Shown: positions 29,904 to 40,026 of the stretch, in pieces
Layout: each line of letters begins with the position of its first letter
How positions within the stretch are numbered: position 1 is the stretch's first letter
DNA from: Bacillota bacterium
GTDB taxonomy: Bacteria; Bacillota; Bacilli; Paenibacillales; JBEGSW01
DNA length: 64,000 nucleotides
Assembly: GCA_041179705.1 (NCBI GenBank)
Contig: JBEGSW010000032.1
Span: forward strand, 70,446 to 134,445
Reading direction: 5' to 3'
Translations under genes and position numbers: made by a program
Notes under the pieces: model-generated
Seen by the model: the letters and a program-made list of their open reading frames with translations, nothing else
The model's database searches: none
Told to the model about the DNA's origin: nothing

Positions 29904-31595
29904 CTACCATTGTTGCTTTTTGTTGATTGCCAGTTGCAACATTTCTTCAGCGTGGGATAGTGTCTTGTCTGTCACTTCCACACCGCCTAACATTCTTGCT
30001 AATTCGGTCGTACGCGCCTGCTCACGAAGCGATGTCACTTGCGTGAAAGTGCGGTTACTCTCCATTGATTTACTAATTAGGAAATGAACATCGGCCATAC
30101 ATGCAACTTGGGGCAAATGTGTAATCGAGAACACTTGACAACTTGTTGCAATCCAAGCAAGTTTTTCCGCAATCGCCTGTGCTGCTCGACCACTTACGCC
30201 CGTATCAACCTCATCGAATACCAGTACAGGAATCTGTTCTAATTTGGCAAATATGGTCTTCATAGCCAGCATCACACGCGACAACTCACCACCTGAGGCA
30301 ATTTTCGAAAGTGACTTAAGCGGTTCACCAGGATTCGCTGAAAATAAAAATTCGACATCATCGCGTCCATTAGCATCCAACTGATTTGTCGATTCCACTT
30401 TGACTTCAAACGTCGTCTTCTCCATTTGTAAATCCTTAAGTTGGTGGACAATTTCTTTGGCAAGTTGGTCTGCATAAGATTTGCGAATTTCGGTTAATTG
30501 AGTTGCAGCTTGCATCGATTCATTGAATAGCGCTGTAACTTCTGACTCCATTCGTTCCAATGCCCCATCGAAATCATCGAATAGTACTAATTGTGAACGA
30601 ATTTCTTCTCCACGGGCAATAATAACATCGACTGATTCACCGTATTTTCGCTTTAACCCATGAATCAAATCCAACCGTTTTTCAATTTTATCTAACAGTT
30701 GTGGATTGAATTCGATGTTGTCACGATAATCTCGAAGTTGAAAGGCAACATCCTCCACTTGATAAAAAGCACTTTGCAATTGCTCCAACAACGGCTTCAA
30801 AGTTATTTCGTCAAATTGCTCAATTGTCCTGAGTGCAGACGTTGCCTTGTTTAACCGCGCCAAAGCCGCTTGATTGTCGTAAATAGCCTCATAACTCTCA
30901 TTTACAGATTGAAACAACTTTTCTGCATTCGCTAAACGCACGCGATCTTCTTCTAATTTCACATCTTCTGAAGCGATTAATTTCGCAGAGTCAATTTCAT
31001 CGAGCTGGAAACGATGGATATCAATCATTTGCAATTTTTGCTGGCTTTGTTGTTTAAGCTCGTCCAACTTTTTTTTCAAAACTTTATGCGCTTGAAACGA
31101 TTTTCTATATTGTTGAAGTACCGGTTCTAATTCTTGTTTGGCGAATGAATCCAATAATTCAATGTGATGTTCTGTCTTTAGCAGAGACTGATGTTCGTGT
31201 TGTCCGTGTATATTAATTAACCATTCCCCTACTTGTTTAAGCGTAGAAATGTTAACCAGTTGTTGATTTATACGCGCGATACTTTTCCCTGCTGTATTTA
31301 ATTCTCTGCGAATTACGATATGATCATCTGGTTCATGTTCAATTCCTAATTGATCAAAAACCGTCCACACAGGATGTTCCGTCGGTGGATCAAATAAACA
31401 TTCAACAACTGCTTTGTCTGCACCGTTGCGTATCATATCTTGTGAGCCACGACCGCCAGCGATAAGACTCAATGCATCAATGATCATTGATTTACCAGCA
31501 CCAGTTTCACCGGTGAGAACATGAAAACCGCGTTCGAAATGAACCGTCGCGGTTTCGATTACTGCTAAATTATGAATGGTTAAACTTAATAACAT
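29904..31595 (-). CDS. recN: DNA repair protein RecN
   Basis: It has a Walker A motif (GETGAGKS), a coiled coil and a signature motif. The start was set at MLLSLTIHNLAVIE (ATG 31595), preceded by GGGGAGG; the longer ORF overlaps argR. Confidence 0.95.
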   Translation of the reverse strand: MLLSLTIHNLAVIETATVHFERGFHVLTGETGAGKSMIIDALSLIAGGRGSQDMIRNGADKAVVECLFDPPTEHPVWTVFDQLGIEHEPDDHIVIRRELNTAGKSIARINQQLVNISTLKQVGEWLINIHGQHEHQSLLKTEHHIELLDSFAKQELEPVLQQYRKSFQAHKVLKKKLDELKQQSQQKLQMIDIHRFQLDEIDSAKLIASEDVKLEEDRVRLANAEKLFQSVNESYEAIYDNQAALARLNKATSALRTIEQFDEITLKPLLEQLQSAFYQVEDVAFQLRDYRDNIEFNPQLLDKIEKRLDLIHGLKRKYGESVDVIIARGEEIRSQLVLFDDFDGALERMESEVTALFNESMQAATQLTEIRKSYADQLAKEIVHQLKDLQMEKTTFEVKVESTNQLDANGRDDVEFLFSANPGEPLKSLSKIASGGELSRVMLAMKTIFAKLEQIPVLVFDEVDTGVSGRAAQAIAEKLAWIATSCQVFSITHLPQVACMADVHFLISKSMESNRTFTQVTSLREQARTTELARMLGGVEVTDKTLSHAEEMLQLAINKKQQW

Positions 31596-31612
31596 GAAAC
31601 AACCTCCCCACA

Positions 31613-32062
31613 TTAAGGCAGCATTGCTAGGATTTGTTCGGTCACAAGTGCGCTCTGTTCCTTTGAACGACAAATCAACAACAACGTATCATCCCCTGAT
31701 ATCGTTCCCATAATTTCCGGCCATTCTAAATTATCAATCAACACGCCAATCGCATTCGCAGTTCCTGGTAGTGCCTTTAATACAATTAAATTCTCTGCAT
31801 AATCGATACTAAGGAAATTGTCATTAAGTGCTCTTCTTAATTTATGTATTGGATTGAACTTTTGGTCGGATGGCAACGAATATTTATATCTACCATTGTC
31901 CATTGGAACTTTAATTAAATGCATTTCTTTAATGTCGCGTGAAACAGTTGCTTGAGTCACAACATATCCTGCTGCGCGTAATGCATCAACCAAGTCATCC
32001 TGTGTCTCAATCGCCGAATTGCCGATGATTTCACGAATTTTAATATGTCGTTGTCCCTTCAT
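31613..32062 (-). CDS. argR: Arginine repressor
   Basis: The translation is ArgR/AhrC family (HIKIREII.., [20 protein letters not shown]). Confidence 0.95.
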   Translation of the reverse strand: MKGQRHIKIREIIGNSAIETQDDLVDALRAAGYVVTQATVSRDIKEMHLIKVPMDNGRYKYSLPSDQKFNPIHKLRRALNDNFLSIDYAENLIVLKALPGTANAIGVLIDNLEWPEIMGTISGDDTLLLICRSKEQSALVTEQILAMLP

Positions 32063-32074
32063 AAATACACCTCG

Positions 32075-32491
32075 TTAAAATTGAAAAGTAATCACTTTTA
32101 GGTCTTTGTGTCGCATATTGACGACGACAACACCTTCAGCATCTGGAAATTGCATATAATAAGGCAAGATGTAATCGCGTATTGCACTCCCAGTCCATTC
32201 GTATGGTTTGCGGTCCCTATCTACTTTCACGATATACCAAAAATCGGCTTTCGTCACAAAATAATCAATAAATATTCGGCTCTCGTAAGATACATTATCC
32301 ACTTTCATCCGTATCGGAATCCGTGTTTTTGAAGCTTCGATTGTAAAACCATGACTTTCTAAAAAATCAGTTACTTCAGTCCGAACAAAATCTGGGTTCT
32401 GTTCAAACGGGAATGGATTCGAGCGACTCGATGAAAGCCACTTGCGCATGTTAAAAAATACAAGGTAACAAATCAAACCTATAAGTAACAC
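32075..32491 (-). CDS. Hypothetical membrane-anchored protein (138 aa)
   Basis: The ORF has one N-terminal TM helix and a roughly 110-aa alpha/beta-looking domain. I recognise no family. The GTG start lacks a convincing RBS. It sits after a tlyA terminator and 12 nt ahead of argR. Confidence 0.5.
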   Translation of the reverse strand: MLLIGLICYLVFFNMRKWLSSSRSNPFPFEQNPDFVRTEVTDFLESHGFTIEASKTRIPIRMKVDNVSYESRIFIDYFVTKADFWYIVKVDRDRKPYEWTGSAIRDYILPYYMQFPDAEGVVVVNMRHKDLKVITFQF

Positions 32492-32572
32492 GAAAATAAA
32501 TCGATCATGATTGATAAGGATTCACTCCGTCCTATTATTTCGCTTTTTCGCACGACATTTCCTTTAATTCTG

Positions 32573-32600
32573 AAATAAAAAACCCATCGAAATCGATGAG
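32573..32600 (-). terminator. Weak terminator after tlyA
   Basis: A short hairpin (CTCATCG ATTT CGATGGG) is followed by TTTTTTATTT on the minus strand. Confidence 0.45.
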
Positions 32601-32609
32601 TTCTTATCA

Positions 32610-33434
32610 TTATTTGCTTGTAGACTGATGTGCTTCTTTAACAGTTTGCTCAACCAATTTAGTAAACGATTCTATATGATCAAACGTAGAACCTGTTTCC
32701 ATAATCGTCCAGTGAGCCAAGAACTCAATATTCCCTTCCCCGCCTCGAATCGGCGAGTACGTGAGACCCTGCAATTCAAACCCTACCTCAGCAGCAAAGT
32801 GAAGCATATCCTCAAGGACGCGTTGGTGCACTTTAGGGTCCCGAATAACACCAGATTTTCCGATTTCTTCACGCCCCGCCTCAAACTGTGGTTTGATTAA
32901 GGCTACTACATCCCCTGATTGATCCAACAAAGTCTTCAACACGGGCAAAATTAACTTTAAAGAAATGAAGGATACATCAATGGATGCAAAGTTCGGCGTA
33001 GGCCCAATTAAATCTTTCGGTTCAACATAACGAAAATTCGTTCGCTCCATTACAACAACACGACTATCTTGGCGAATCTTATAATCTAACTGGTTATATC
33101 CAACATCAATCGCATAGACAAGCGTTGCACCTTGTTGTAAAGCACAATCGGTAAAACCACCAGTTGATGCGCCGATATCTAACATCGTTCGATTAGACAT
33201 ATCAATTTCAAAATAGTGGAGCGCCTTCTCTAATTTCAATCCTCCACGGCTTACATACGGATGAATATGACCTTTCACAGATAGCTCAAATGTATGATCG
33301 ATTTTGGTGCCTGGTTTTTCCAAACGTTCTGAACCGTGAAATACGATTCCAGCCATAATTGCAGCCTTTGCTTTTTCGCGACTGTCAAAAAAACCTTGCT
33401 CCACAAGCATTACATCAATTCTTTCTTTTCCCAT
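32610..33434 (-). CDS. tlyA: TlyA-family rRNA 2'-O-methyltransferase (YqxC)
   Basis: It has an S4 domain N-terminus and a FtsJ-like SAM motif (LDIGASTGGFTD). Confidence 0.9.
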   Translation of the reverse strand: MGKERIDVMLVEQGFFDSREKAKAAIMAGIVFHGSERLEKPGTKIDHTFELSVKGHIHPYVSRGGLKLEKALHYFEIDMSNRTMLDIGASTGGFTDCALQQGATLVYAIDVGYNQLDYKIRQDSRVVVMERTNFRYVEPKDLIGPTPNFASIDVSFISLKLILPVLKTLLDQSGDVVALIKPQFEAGREEIGKSGVIRDPKVHQRVLEDMLHFAAEVGFELQGLTYSPIRGGEGNIEFLAHWTIMETGSTFDHIESFTKLVEQTVKEAHQSTSK

Positions 33435-33436
33435 TC

Positions 33437-35314
33437 CTAGTTCACACTCCGCAATGCATGAACGCGCTCAACTAAATGTTCAACGGTAAGACCAACTTCT
33501 CTCCGTTGATCTTTCACACTGCCATGTTCAATATATTCATCAGGAACACCCATTGCGGAGAACGGTGGAATTCGCAACCCATTAGACAAATACCACTCCA
33601 TGACAGAGCTACCAAACCCACCCGATATACAAGCTTCTTCCATCGTGATGACTGGTTTTTGCTTAGCAGCAATACGTTGTAACATTTGGTTGTCTAATGG
33701 CTTAATGAACCGCGCATTCACAACTTCGACGGTAATTCCGATTGCTGCAAGTTGCTCGGCGGCTTGTAGAGCAATTGGAATCATAGGTCCAATCGCTAAT
33801 ACAGTAGCGTCATTTCCCTCACTTAGCACTTCCCATGTTCCAATCGGAATTGGTTGTACCTGTGCATCATACGCGACACCTAAGCCATTCATACGGGGAT
33901 ATCTGACGGCAATTGGCCCATCGTTATAGGCAAGCCCAGTTGCCATCATATGACGTAGTTCATTTTCGTCTTTAGGCATCATAAGTACCATATTCGGTAT
34001 ATGTCTCAGAAAGGCAATGTCGTAGACACCTTGATGTGTCTCTCCATCAGCACCCACAAATCCAGCCCGATCAATCGCCATAAATACATTTAAATTTTGA
34101 CGGCAAATATCATGGACAACCTGATCATAGGCACGCTGTAAAAATGTCGAATAGACAGCGAATACCGGCTTCATTCCTTCAAGTGCAAGCGCACCGCATA
34201 GCGTTGCTGCATGTTGTTCAGCAATGCCAACATCAATCATGCGGGATGGGAATAATTCAGCAAATTTCATCAAACCAGAACCGCCAGGCATCGCAGGTGT
34301 AATCGCAATAATGCGTTCGTCCTTCTGCGCCAATTCAATCAATGAGTTACCAAAGACCTCTGTGTACATCGGCGGTGCTTCAGCACCTTTAATGACTTGG
34401 CCAGATTCGATCTTGTATGGACTAATGCCATGCCACTTGTGGGAGTCCGCCTCAGCAGGCGTATACCCTTTCCCTTTCATCGTAACAACATGAACGAGCG
34501 TTGGCCCTTCAACCTTATCCGCTTGTTGAAAAGCTTCAAATAACTGTTGGAAATTATGACCATCAACGGGTCCAAAATACGTGAACCCAAGTTCTTCAAA
34601 CCAAACACCAGGAACCATTAAATACTTCAGTCCATCTTTAAACTTTTCCGCTGTACGAGCTAACTTGTCACCGATTGCCGGGATTTTTTTGATTAAATGG
34701 TCGACTTCAACTTTCGCTTTCACATAGTGTCGATCTGAACGAATACGTCCTAGGTAATTGTGAATCGCTCCTACGTTAGGTGCTATGGACATCTCATTAT
34801 CATTTAGTACAACAATTAATTTGCGCTTCTCGTGTCCAATATGATTCATTGCTTCTAATGCCATGCCACCTGTCATCGCGCCATCACCAATAACAGCTAT
34901 CACATGGTTATCTTCACCCTTCGCATCACGAGCGACTGCCATGCCCATTGCAGCAGAAAGTGACGTACTGCTGTGACCAGCTTCCCATACGTCGTGTTCA
35001 CTTTCGTTTCGTTTAATGAATCCACATAACCCTTTGTATTGACGAAGTTGGTCAAATTGATCCATGCGACCCGTTAATATTTTATGAACATAGGATTGAT
35101 GTCCGACGTCAAAAATAAACTTATCTTTTGGGCTTTCAAAGATGTGATGCATCGCTAACGTCAACTCAACAATCCCTAAATTAGACGCTAAATGCCCCCC
35201 AGTCACGGAGAGTTTTGTTATTAAAAATTGACGGATTTCTTCTGCCAATCCTTCTAATTGATCCATCGTAAGTGATTTAATATCACTTGGCTGACGAATG
35301 GTTTCGAGCACCAC
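33437..35314 (-). CDS. dxs: 1-deoxy-D-xylulose-5-phosphate synthase
   Basis: The translation is full-length Dxs ([18 protein letters not shown]). GTG start is preceded by GGGGGAG. Confidence 0.97.
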   Translation of the reverse strand: MVLETIRQPSDIKSLTMDQLEGLAEEIRQFLITKLSVTGGHLASNLGIVELTLAMHHIFESPKDKFIFDVGHQSYVHKILTGRMDQFDQLRQYKGLCGFIKRNESEHDVWEAGHSSTSLSAAMGMAVARDAKGEDNHVIAVIGDGAMTGGMALEAMNHIGHEKRKLIVVLNDNEMSIAPNVGAIHNYLGRIRSDRHYVKAKVEVDHLIKKIPAIGDKLARTAEKFKDGLKYLMVPGVWFEELGFTYFGPVDGHNFQQLFEAFQQADKVEGPTLVHVVTMKGKGYTPAEADSHKWHGISPYKIESGQVIKGAEAPPMYTEVFGNSLIELAQKDERIIAITPAMPGGSGLMKFAELFPSRMIDVGIAEQHAATLCGALALEGMKPVFAVYSTFLQRAYDQVVHDICRQNLNVFMAIDRAGFVGADGETHQGVYDIAFLRHIPNMVLMMPKDENELRHMMATGLAYNDGPIAVRYPRMNGLGVAYDAQVQPIPIGTWEVLSEGNDATVLAIGPMIPIALQAAEQLAAIGITVEVVNARFIKPLDNQMLQRIAAKQKPVITMEEACISGGFGSSVMEWYLSNGLRIPPFSAMGVPDEYIEHGSVKDQRREVGLTVEHLVERVHALRSVN

Positions 35315-35921
35315 TTTTACTCCCCCGCTTCCCGTTGCTGTTCTTTTTCTTGCTAGATAATAACTGAATATTTAATCTGTGTTCAAAAAAATAGAAAACC
35401 CGACCAATGGTGAGGATAATCGTGTTTGATTTATGTATGGCGAAAGATTTCCCAAGCGCTTTACCACCTACCGTCATGCCGGAAACAGTTGCAGCAACAA
35501 CGATACTTGTGACAAAAGCCAAGATCCCTTCTGAGTTCATATTTAAGTTGGAAATTAATTTAATAACAACGAGTGCACTTGCAGCACCACTTACGATAGA
35601 AGAAATATCTCCAATTACGTCGTTGCAAATGTTAGAAAATCGATCTGCATTTCGTATAATTAGTATGGCCTGTTTAGAGCCTTTTACCTTCTCTGCCGCC
35701 ATGCCGTGGAACGGAATTTCATTAGCTGCCGTAGAAGCGATACCCATCATGTCAAACAATATCCCGATGCCTACGAGTACGATTACGATGAGCATGCCGA
35801 TTCCCCAAGATACACCCTCCAAAACCGATGTTGAAACGATTGAGAAAATGGCTGCCAATATAAACGTAACGAAAAATATAAATACACTCCATCGCATGGA
35901 GTTAAGAAACGAATATTTCAT
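35283..35921 (-). CDS. oapA: Four-TM membrane protein, candidate OLE-associated protein A
   Basis: It has four predicted TM helices and a Lys/Arg/Ser-rich C-terminal tail ([24 protein letters not shown]). It sits between the large ORF-free RNA-like region and dxs, which is the reported position of oapA. Confidence 0.7.
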   Translation of the reverse strand: MKYSFLNSMRWSVFIFFVTFILAAIFSIVSTSVLEGVSWGIGMLIVIVLVGIGILFDMMGIASTAANEIPFHGMAAEKVKGSKQAILIIRNADRFSNICNDVIGDISSIVSGAASALVVIKLISNLNMNSEGILAFVTSIVVAATVSGMTVGGKALGKSFAIHKSNTIILTIGRVFYFFEHRLNIQLLSSKKKNSNGKRGSKSGARNHSSAK

Positions 35922-35954
35922 TGCGTATCTATTTCTCCTAACGAAGTTTAATTA

Positions 35955-36590
35955 ATAAAAGGCGTGGTAGCCCTTTGAGTAAACGCTGTGGCTTAGGTCC
36001 AGTAGGTTTTCCCAGGCGAAGCTCCTCAACGTCGCCGTCGAGGCGGTTTCCCTTTATACTTGCCTTGATGACGTCACCGCACATCAGACTAGATTACCAC
36101 TTAGTCCACACTATAATCCTCAAAGTGCCTCAAACGTGTTGAACAGTCTAGGAGTTTTCCTCAACAGTCTTCTTTGTACCGTCTCTTAGCCTCTTTTGCA
36201 AGGTAGATTTCATATGGCATCCAGTATCCGTCGCTTTGGCCGAAGCTTTGAATACCTACCATCCATAATCCCCTCTAACTCACTCAAGGCAGGCTACGCT
36301 GCATACAGGTTCATATCACTTAAAAAAGCTATACAAATCCGCAATTGCAGGTTCATACCCCAAGCCGTAATCGTTCGTACGATGACGAGCAACCACGAAC
36401 TTGGGCCTCCGCGGAAGGAGGGTCAACGCCCACATGCCATTGCGGATCGCCCTCCAACCTTAACTCCCAGCATCAGCCCCCGACTGGGCGTCGAAAGCCA
36501 ACACAAGGAACTTCATCGATGTGCCCTTTGGCGAATTTTTAGGCCCGCCTTCAGAAACGTTAGACTGACTAGAATACTGCACCACTAATA
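35955..36590 (-). ncRNA. ole: Candidate OLE (ornate, large, extremophilic) RNA
   Basis: The gap is roughly 630 nt and has no minus-strand ORF in the track. It is visibly more G+C-rich than its flanks. It holds many local helices, for example the GNRA hairpin CCUCGACG-GCGA-CGUUGAGG at 36024..36043 and GGAGGG...CCCUCC at about 36416..36456. The flanking order ispA / RNA / 4-TM protein / dxs is the reported OLE context. Confidence 0.8.
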
Positions 36591-36593
36591 AAT

Positions 36594-36621
36594 ATTATAT
36601 CACAAAACATGATGTTCACAA
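36594..36621 (-). promoter_or_regulatory. Candidate sigma-A promoter with extended -10 ahead of the OLE-like RNA
   Basis: The minus strand reads TTGTGA (36616..36621) - 16 nt - TATAAT (36594..36599), with TG making TGATATAAT. Confidence 0.5.
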
Positions 36622-36633
36622 TGAATCTGGAAA

Positions 36634-37539
36634 TTAATGGTCACGACTCATGAGCCAATCACCAAGTTCTAATAAGCGTCTAGGATTTACAAAACCAGCC
36701 TCTAAAATGACAGCTTTTGCTTCTTCAGTTAATGCTTGAATCCATTTTTCACATTGTTCAAAACCAATTAATGTTGGATATGTGATTTTGTTACTCTCTT
36801 CATCACTATGAATCGGTTTACCGAGTTTTGTCTGATCACCGATTACATCCAGTACATCATCTTGGATTTGGAAGGCAAGCCCAATGTTACGCCCGTATGT
36901 CTCAAGTGCTGCTAGTTGTTGATCGTTTGCATGGCATAAAATACCCGCTGCACGCAGAGAAAACACGATTAAATCACCTGTCTTACGTTTATGAATCTCT
37001 TCTAATTGTTCCAAAGATTCAACACCACCTGCCATATCGGCAGCTTGTCCACCAACCATTCCATATGGCCCTGCATACAATGAAAGTTCACGGGATACTT
37101 GCAATACTGCTTGTGCTTCCTCTGGATGTGATTGCGCACGTTCACTGATGACATAAAAGGCATGTGTAAGTAACCCATCTCCAGCCAAAATCGCCGTAGC
37201 ATCACCAAAGACGACATGATTTGTCGGCTTTCCACGGCGCAAGTCATCATTATCCATTGCTGGCAGATCATCATGGATAAGTGAATACGTGTGAATCATT
37301 TCAACAGCAATCGCTGCCTCCAACACATCCTCATTCGAAAACCCTAAACTTTCGGCAGCAGCAAACATCAATGTTGGACGTAGTCTTTTTCCACCTGCCA
37401 TTAACGAGTAATGCATGGAATCTTTCAGCTGCGTTTGCATGTTAAGATTATTCTTAGTCCATAGTAGATTAAGTTGTTGCTCAATGTATGCGGCTTGTTG
37501 CTTGACATAATCCAATACGGGCGATGATTGTTCAGTCAT
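36634..37539 (-). CDS. ispA: Farnesyl diphosphate synthase (polyprenyl synthetase)
   Basis: Both DDxxD motifs are present (LIHDDLPAMDNDDLRRG and FQIQDDVLD). Confidence 0.95.
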   Translation of the reverse strand: MTEQSSPVLDYVKQQAAYIEQQLNLLWTKNNLNMQTQLKDSMHYSLMAGGKRLRPTLMFAAAESLGFSNEDVLEAAIAVEMIHTYSLIHDDLPAMDNDDLRRGKPTNHVVFGDATAILAGDGLLTHAFYVISERAQSHPEEAQAVLQVSRELSLYAGPYGMVGGQAADMAGGVESLEQLEEIHKRKTGDLIVFSLRAAGILCHANDQQLAALETYGRNIGLAFQIQDDVLDVIGDQTKLGKPIHSDEESNKITYPTLIGFEQCEKWIQALTEEAKAVILEAGFVNPRRLLELGDWLMSRDH

Positions 37540-37781
37540 TAAAGATCACCTTCCAAAGATTGAAAGTCTTTCTTTACGTAATTTCCCTCGCCTTGCTCAA
37601 GTAAAATTTCCATTTTACTTTCAATTTGGGCTAATTTCGTCGCACATAATTTAGATAATTCCGTCCCTTGTTGAAATAGTTCAATCGCTTTTTCCAACGG
37701 AACATCACCGTTCTCCAATGCAGAAATAATTTGCTCGAGTTGTGTCATTGCTTGTTCGAAACTAAGTGTTTGTTCAGCCAT
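37539..37781 (-). CDS. xseB: Exodeoxyribonuclease VII small subunit
   Basis: MAEQTLSFEQAMTQLEQIISALENGDVPLEKAIELFQQG is XseB-like. The start was set at ATG 37781 after GAGGAG, and it overlaps the xseA stop by 8 nt. Confidence 0.9.
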   Translation of the reverse strand: MAEQTLSFEQAMTQLEQIISALENGDVPLEKAIELFQQGTELSKLCATKLAQIESKMEILLEQGEGNYVKKDFQSLEGDL

Positions 37782-39129
37782 GATTATTCTCCTCTTCCAT
37801 CGCCCATACTTGGCAAGATAATGTACCATCTGATAATTGAACTTTAAGGATGTCTCCCATATTCACTTGCTCAACTGATTTAATTAAATACTCACTCTTC
37901 TCGTCATAAGTCAAACTGTAACCTCGACTCATCACCTTTAGCGGACTAAGTGCGTCTAATTGACGAACGAGTGTCGTGAACTGGTTTTGCTTATTTATAG
38001 TTTGTCGTTCAATCGCTTTCAGTAATCGAGCAGATAACGACATATGCCGATCGCTAGCTCTTGAAACGCTATGTTTCGGATTGTGTTGTTGGAATCGGGT
38101 AAGATTGCGAGATAGCCGATCTGTTGAGCGATTCAACACTTTCTCCATTCTGCCTACTAACTGCTCATTCAAGCGATCTAGTTTCTGGAATGGCGTATCC
38201 AACATTCTTAACGGTTGAAGAAAAATGGGATTTCGCAACACGACGTCTAGCCGTTGACGATTGACTTGTACATCTTTACGAAGGGCTTGTTTCATCCGAC
38301 TCTGGAGATGTTTCAATTGTTCCATCAGTTCGATCCGATTAGGTACGGCTAACTCAGCGGCGGCGGTTGGTGTAGGTGCGCGTAAATCAGAAACAAAATC
38401 AGCGATGGTAAAGTCTGTCTCATGTCCGACTGCAGAAATAACAGGGATTCGCGATTGAGCAATTGCACGTGCAACCACTTCTTCGTTAAATGCCCATAGT
38501 TCCTCGAGTGAGCCTCCACCACGACCGACAATAATCGTATCGATTTCTGGCATTTCATTCATTTTTTCAATCGCCTTAACGATTGAAGGGGCTGCTAATT
38601 CTCCTTGTACTTGTGCGGGAATTAACAATACCGGTATCGACGGAAATCGACGATTGAGCGTAGTCATGACGTCTCGAACAGCAGCACCCGTCGGTGACGT
38701 TATAACGCCAACTGCCCTTGGAAAAACAGGAATAGCTCGTTTCCTCTGAGGAGAAAACAAGCCTTCTGATTCCAACTTTTTCTTTAATTGTTCGAAAGCA
38801 AGATACAAACTACCAATTCCATCCGGTTGCATTTCTGTAACATAAAACTGCACGTTACCATCACGGTCATATACACTGACAGAACCGCGCGCAAGCACCT
38901 TCATTCCCTCTTTGGGTACAAAAGTCAGTCGCTGATTTGCCCGCGCGAACATAATGCATTTCACCTTGCTTTCACGATCCTTCAAGGTGTAATACATGTG
39001 TCCACTAGAATGATGAATAAAGTTCGAGACCTCGCCTTGAATCCAAACATCCTGTAGTATTCCATCTGATTCTAGGCGTTGTTTAATATATTTGGTCAAA
39101 GTGCCAATCGAAATGACTTGTCGTTCCAC
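37774..39129 (-). CDS. xseA: Exodeoxyribonuclease VII large subunit
   Basis: It has an OB-fold N-terminus and an XseA catalytic region (ITSPTGAA..RGGGS). Confidence 0.95.
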   Translation of the reverse strand: MERQVISIGTLTKYIKQRLESDGILQDVWIQGEVSNFIHHSSGHMYYTLKDRESKVKCIMFARANQRLTFVPKEGMKVLARGSVSVYDRDGNVQFYVTEMQPDGIGSLYLAFEQLKKKLESEGLFSPQRKRAIPVFPRAVGVITSPTGAAVRDVMTTLNRRFPSIPVLLIPAQVQGELAAPSIVKAIEKMNEMPEIDTIIVGRGGGSLEELWAFNEEVVARAIAQSRIPVISAVGHETDFTIADFVSDLRAPTPTAAAELAVPNRIELMEQLKHLQSRMKQALRKDVQVNRQRLDVVLRNPIFLQPLRMLDTPFQKLDRLNEQLVGRMEKVLNRSTDRLSRNLTRFQQHNPKHSVSRASDRHMSLSARLLKAIERQTINKQNQFTTLVRQLDALSPLKVMSRGYSLTYDEKSEYLIKSVEQVNMGDILKVQLSDGTLSCQVWAMEEENNHG

Positions 39130-39151
39130 TCGGCCTCAGCTCTTTTCTGTA

Positions 39152-39997
39152 TTAAGCGTTCTTATTTGCAATCATTTGTTTCGCTGCCTTAACTGTATTG
39201 CTCATCAACATCGCAATCGTCATTGGACCAACGCCACCCGGCACTGGTGTAATGTAAGACGCCACTTCTGCTGCCTCGTCATAACGAACATCGCCTTTAG
39301 GTGAACCTACATCAATTACAACTGCTCCTGGTTTCACATGTTCCTTCCCGAGTAATCCAGCACGTCCCACTGCAGCGATTAAAATATCACCTTGACTTGT
39401 AATCGCAGCTAAATTTTCTGTCTTGGAATGGCAGATTGTAACTGTTGCATTCTCACGAAGCAACAATAAAGCAATTGGCTTTCCAACAATATTGCTTCGC
39501 CCTACAACAACAGCATGTTTGCCTGCAATTGGTAAGTCGTATCTTTTCAATAGTTCAATCATACCAGCAGGCGTACATGGTAATAAAGAATCATCACCGA
39601 TAACTAAATTCCCTGTGCTGATCGGATGGAAACCATCAACATCCTTCTCTACTGAAATTGCATCAATTACTGCCTTCTCATCAATATGTTTAGGCAAAGG
39701 AAGCTGAACAAGTATGCCGTGTACTTTATCGCTTTTATTTAACTGATCAACAAGTGCTAATAATTCTTCTTGGGAGGTAGAAACCGGTAAACGGTGAACC
39801 TCAGAATGCATGCCAATTTCGATGCTTTTCTTTGCTTTCATCCCCACATAAAGCTTCGATGCTTCATCTTCACCAACAAGAATAACAGCTAATCCAGGCT
39901 GAACATGATGTTCTGATTTCAAACGAGCGACCTCTTGCTTCAGTTCTTCTAATATTTCGTCGCGGACTTTCTTTCCATCAATGATTTGTGCTGCCAT
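39152..39997 (-). CDS. folD: Bifunctional methylenetetrahydrofolate dehydrogenase/cyclohydrolase
   Basis: The translation is FolD-like ([10 protein letters not shown]..., [20 protein letters not shown]). Confidence 0.97.
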   Translation of the reverse strand: MAAQIIDGKKVRDEILEELKQEVARLKSEHHVQPGLAVILVGEDEASKLYVGMKAKKSIEIGMHSEVHRLPVSTSQEELLALVDQLNKSDKVHGILVQLPLPKHIDEKAVIDAISVEKDVDGFHPISTGNLVIGDDSLLPCTPAGMIELLKRYDLPIAGKHAVVVGRSNIVGKPIALLLLRENATVTICHSKTENLAAITSQGDILIAAVGRAGLLGKEHVKPGAVVIDVGSPKGDVRYDEAAEVASYITPVPGGVGPMTIAMLMSNTVKAAKQMIANKNA

Positions 39998-40026
39998 GAT
40001 TTTCTCTCCTTCAATCTGTGTAAAAA

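Noticed and set aside
31596-31673. 26-codon N-terminal extension of recN overlapping argR
   Set aside because: RecN homologs begin at MLxxLxIxNxAxI. GGGGAGG precedes the internal ATG at 31595.
35407-35955. 182-aa plus-strand ORF
   Set aside because: It is fully antisense to the oapA-like gene, which has coherent TM helices. It has no RBS and a low-complexity composition.
36196-36588. Plus-strand ORFs of 130 aa and 65 aa (36345..36542) inside the ispA-oapA gap
   Set aside because: They are antisense to the whole operon, have no RBS, and have a Pro/Arg/Ser-rich junk-like composition typical of translated G+C-rich structured RNA. The region is better explained as the OLE-like RNA.
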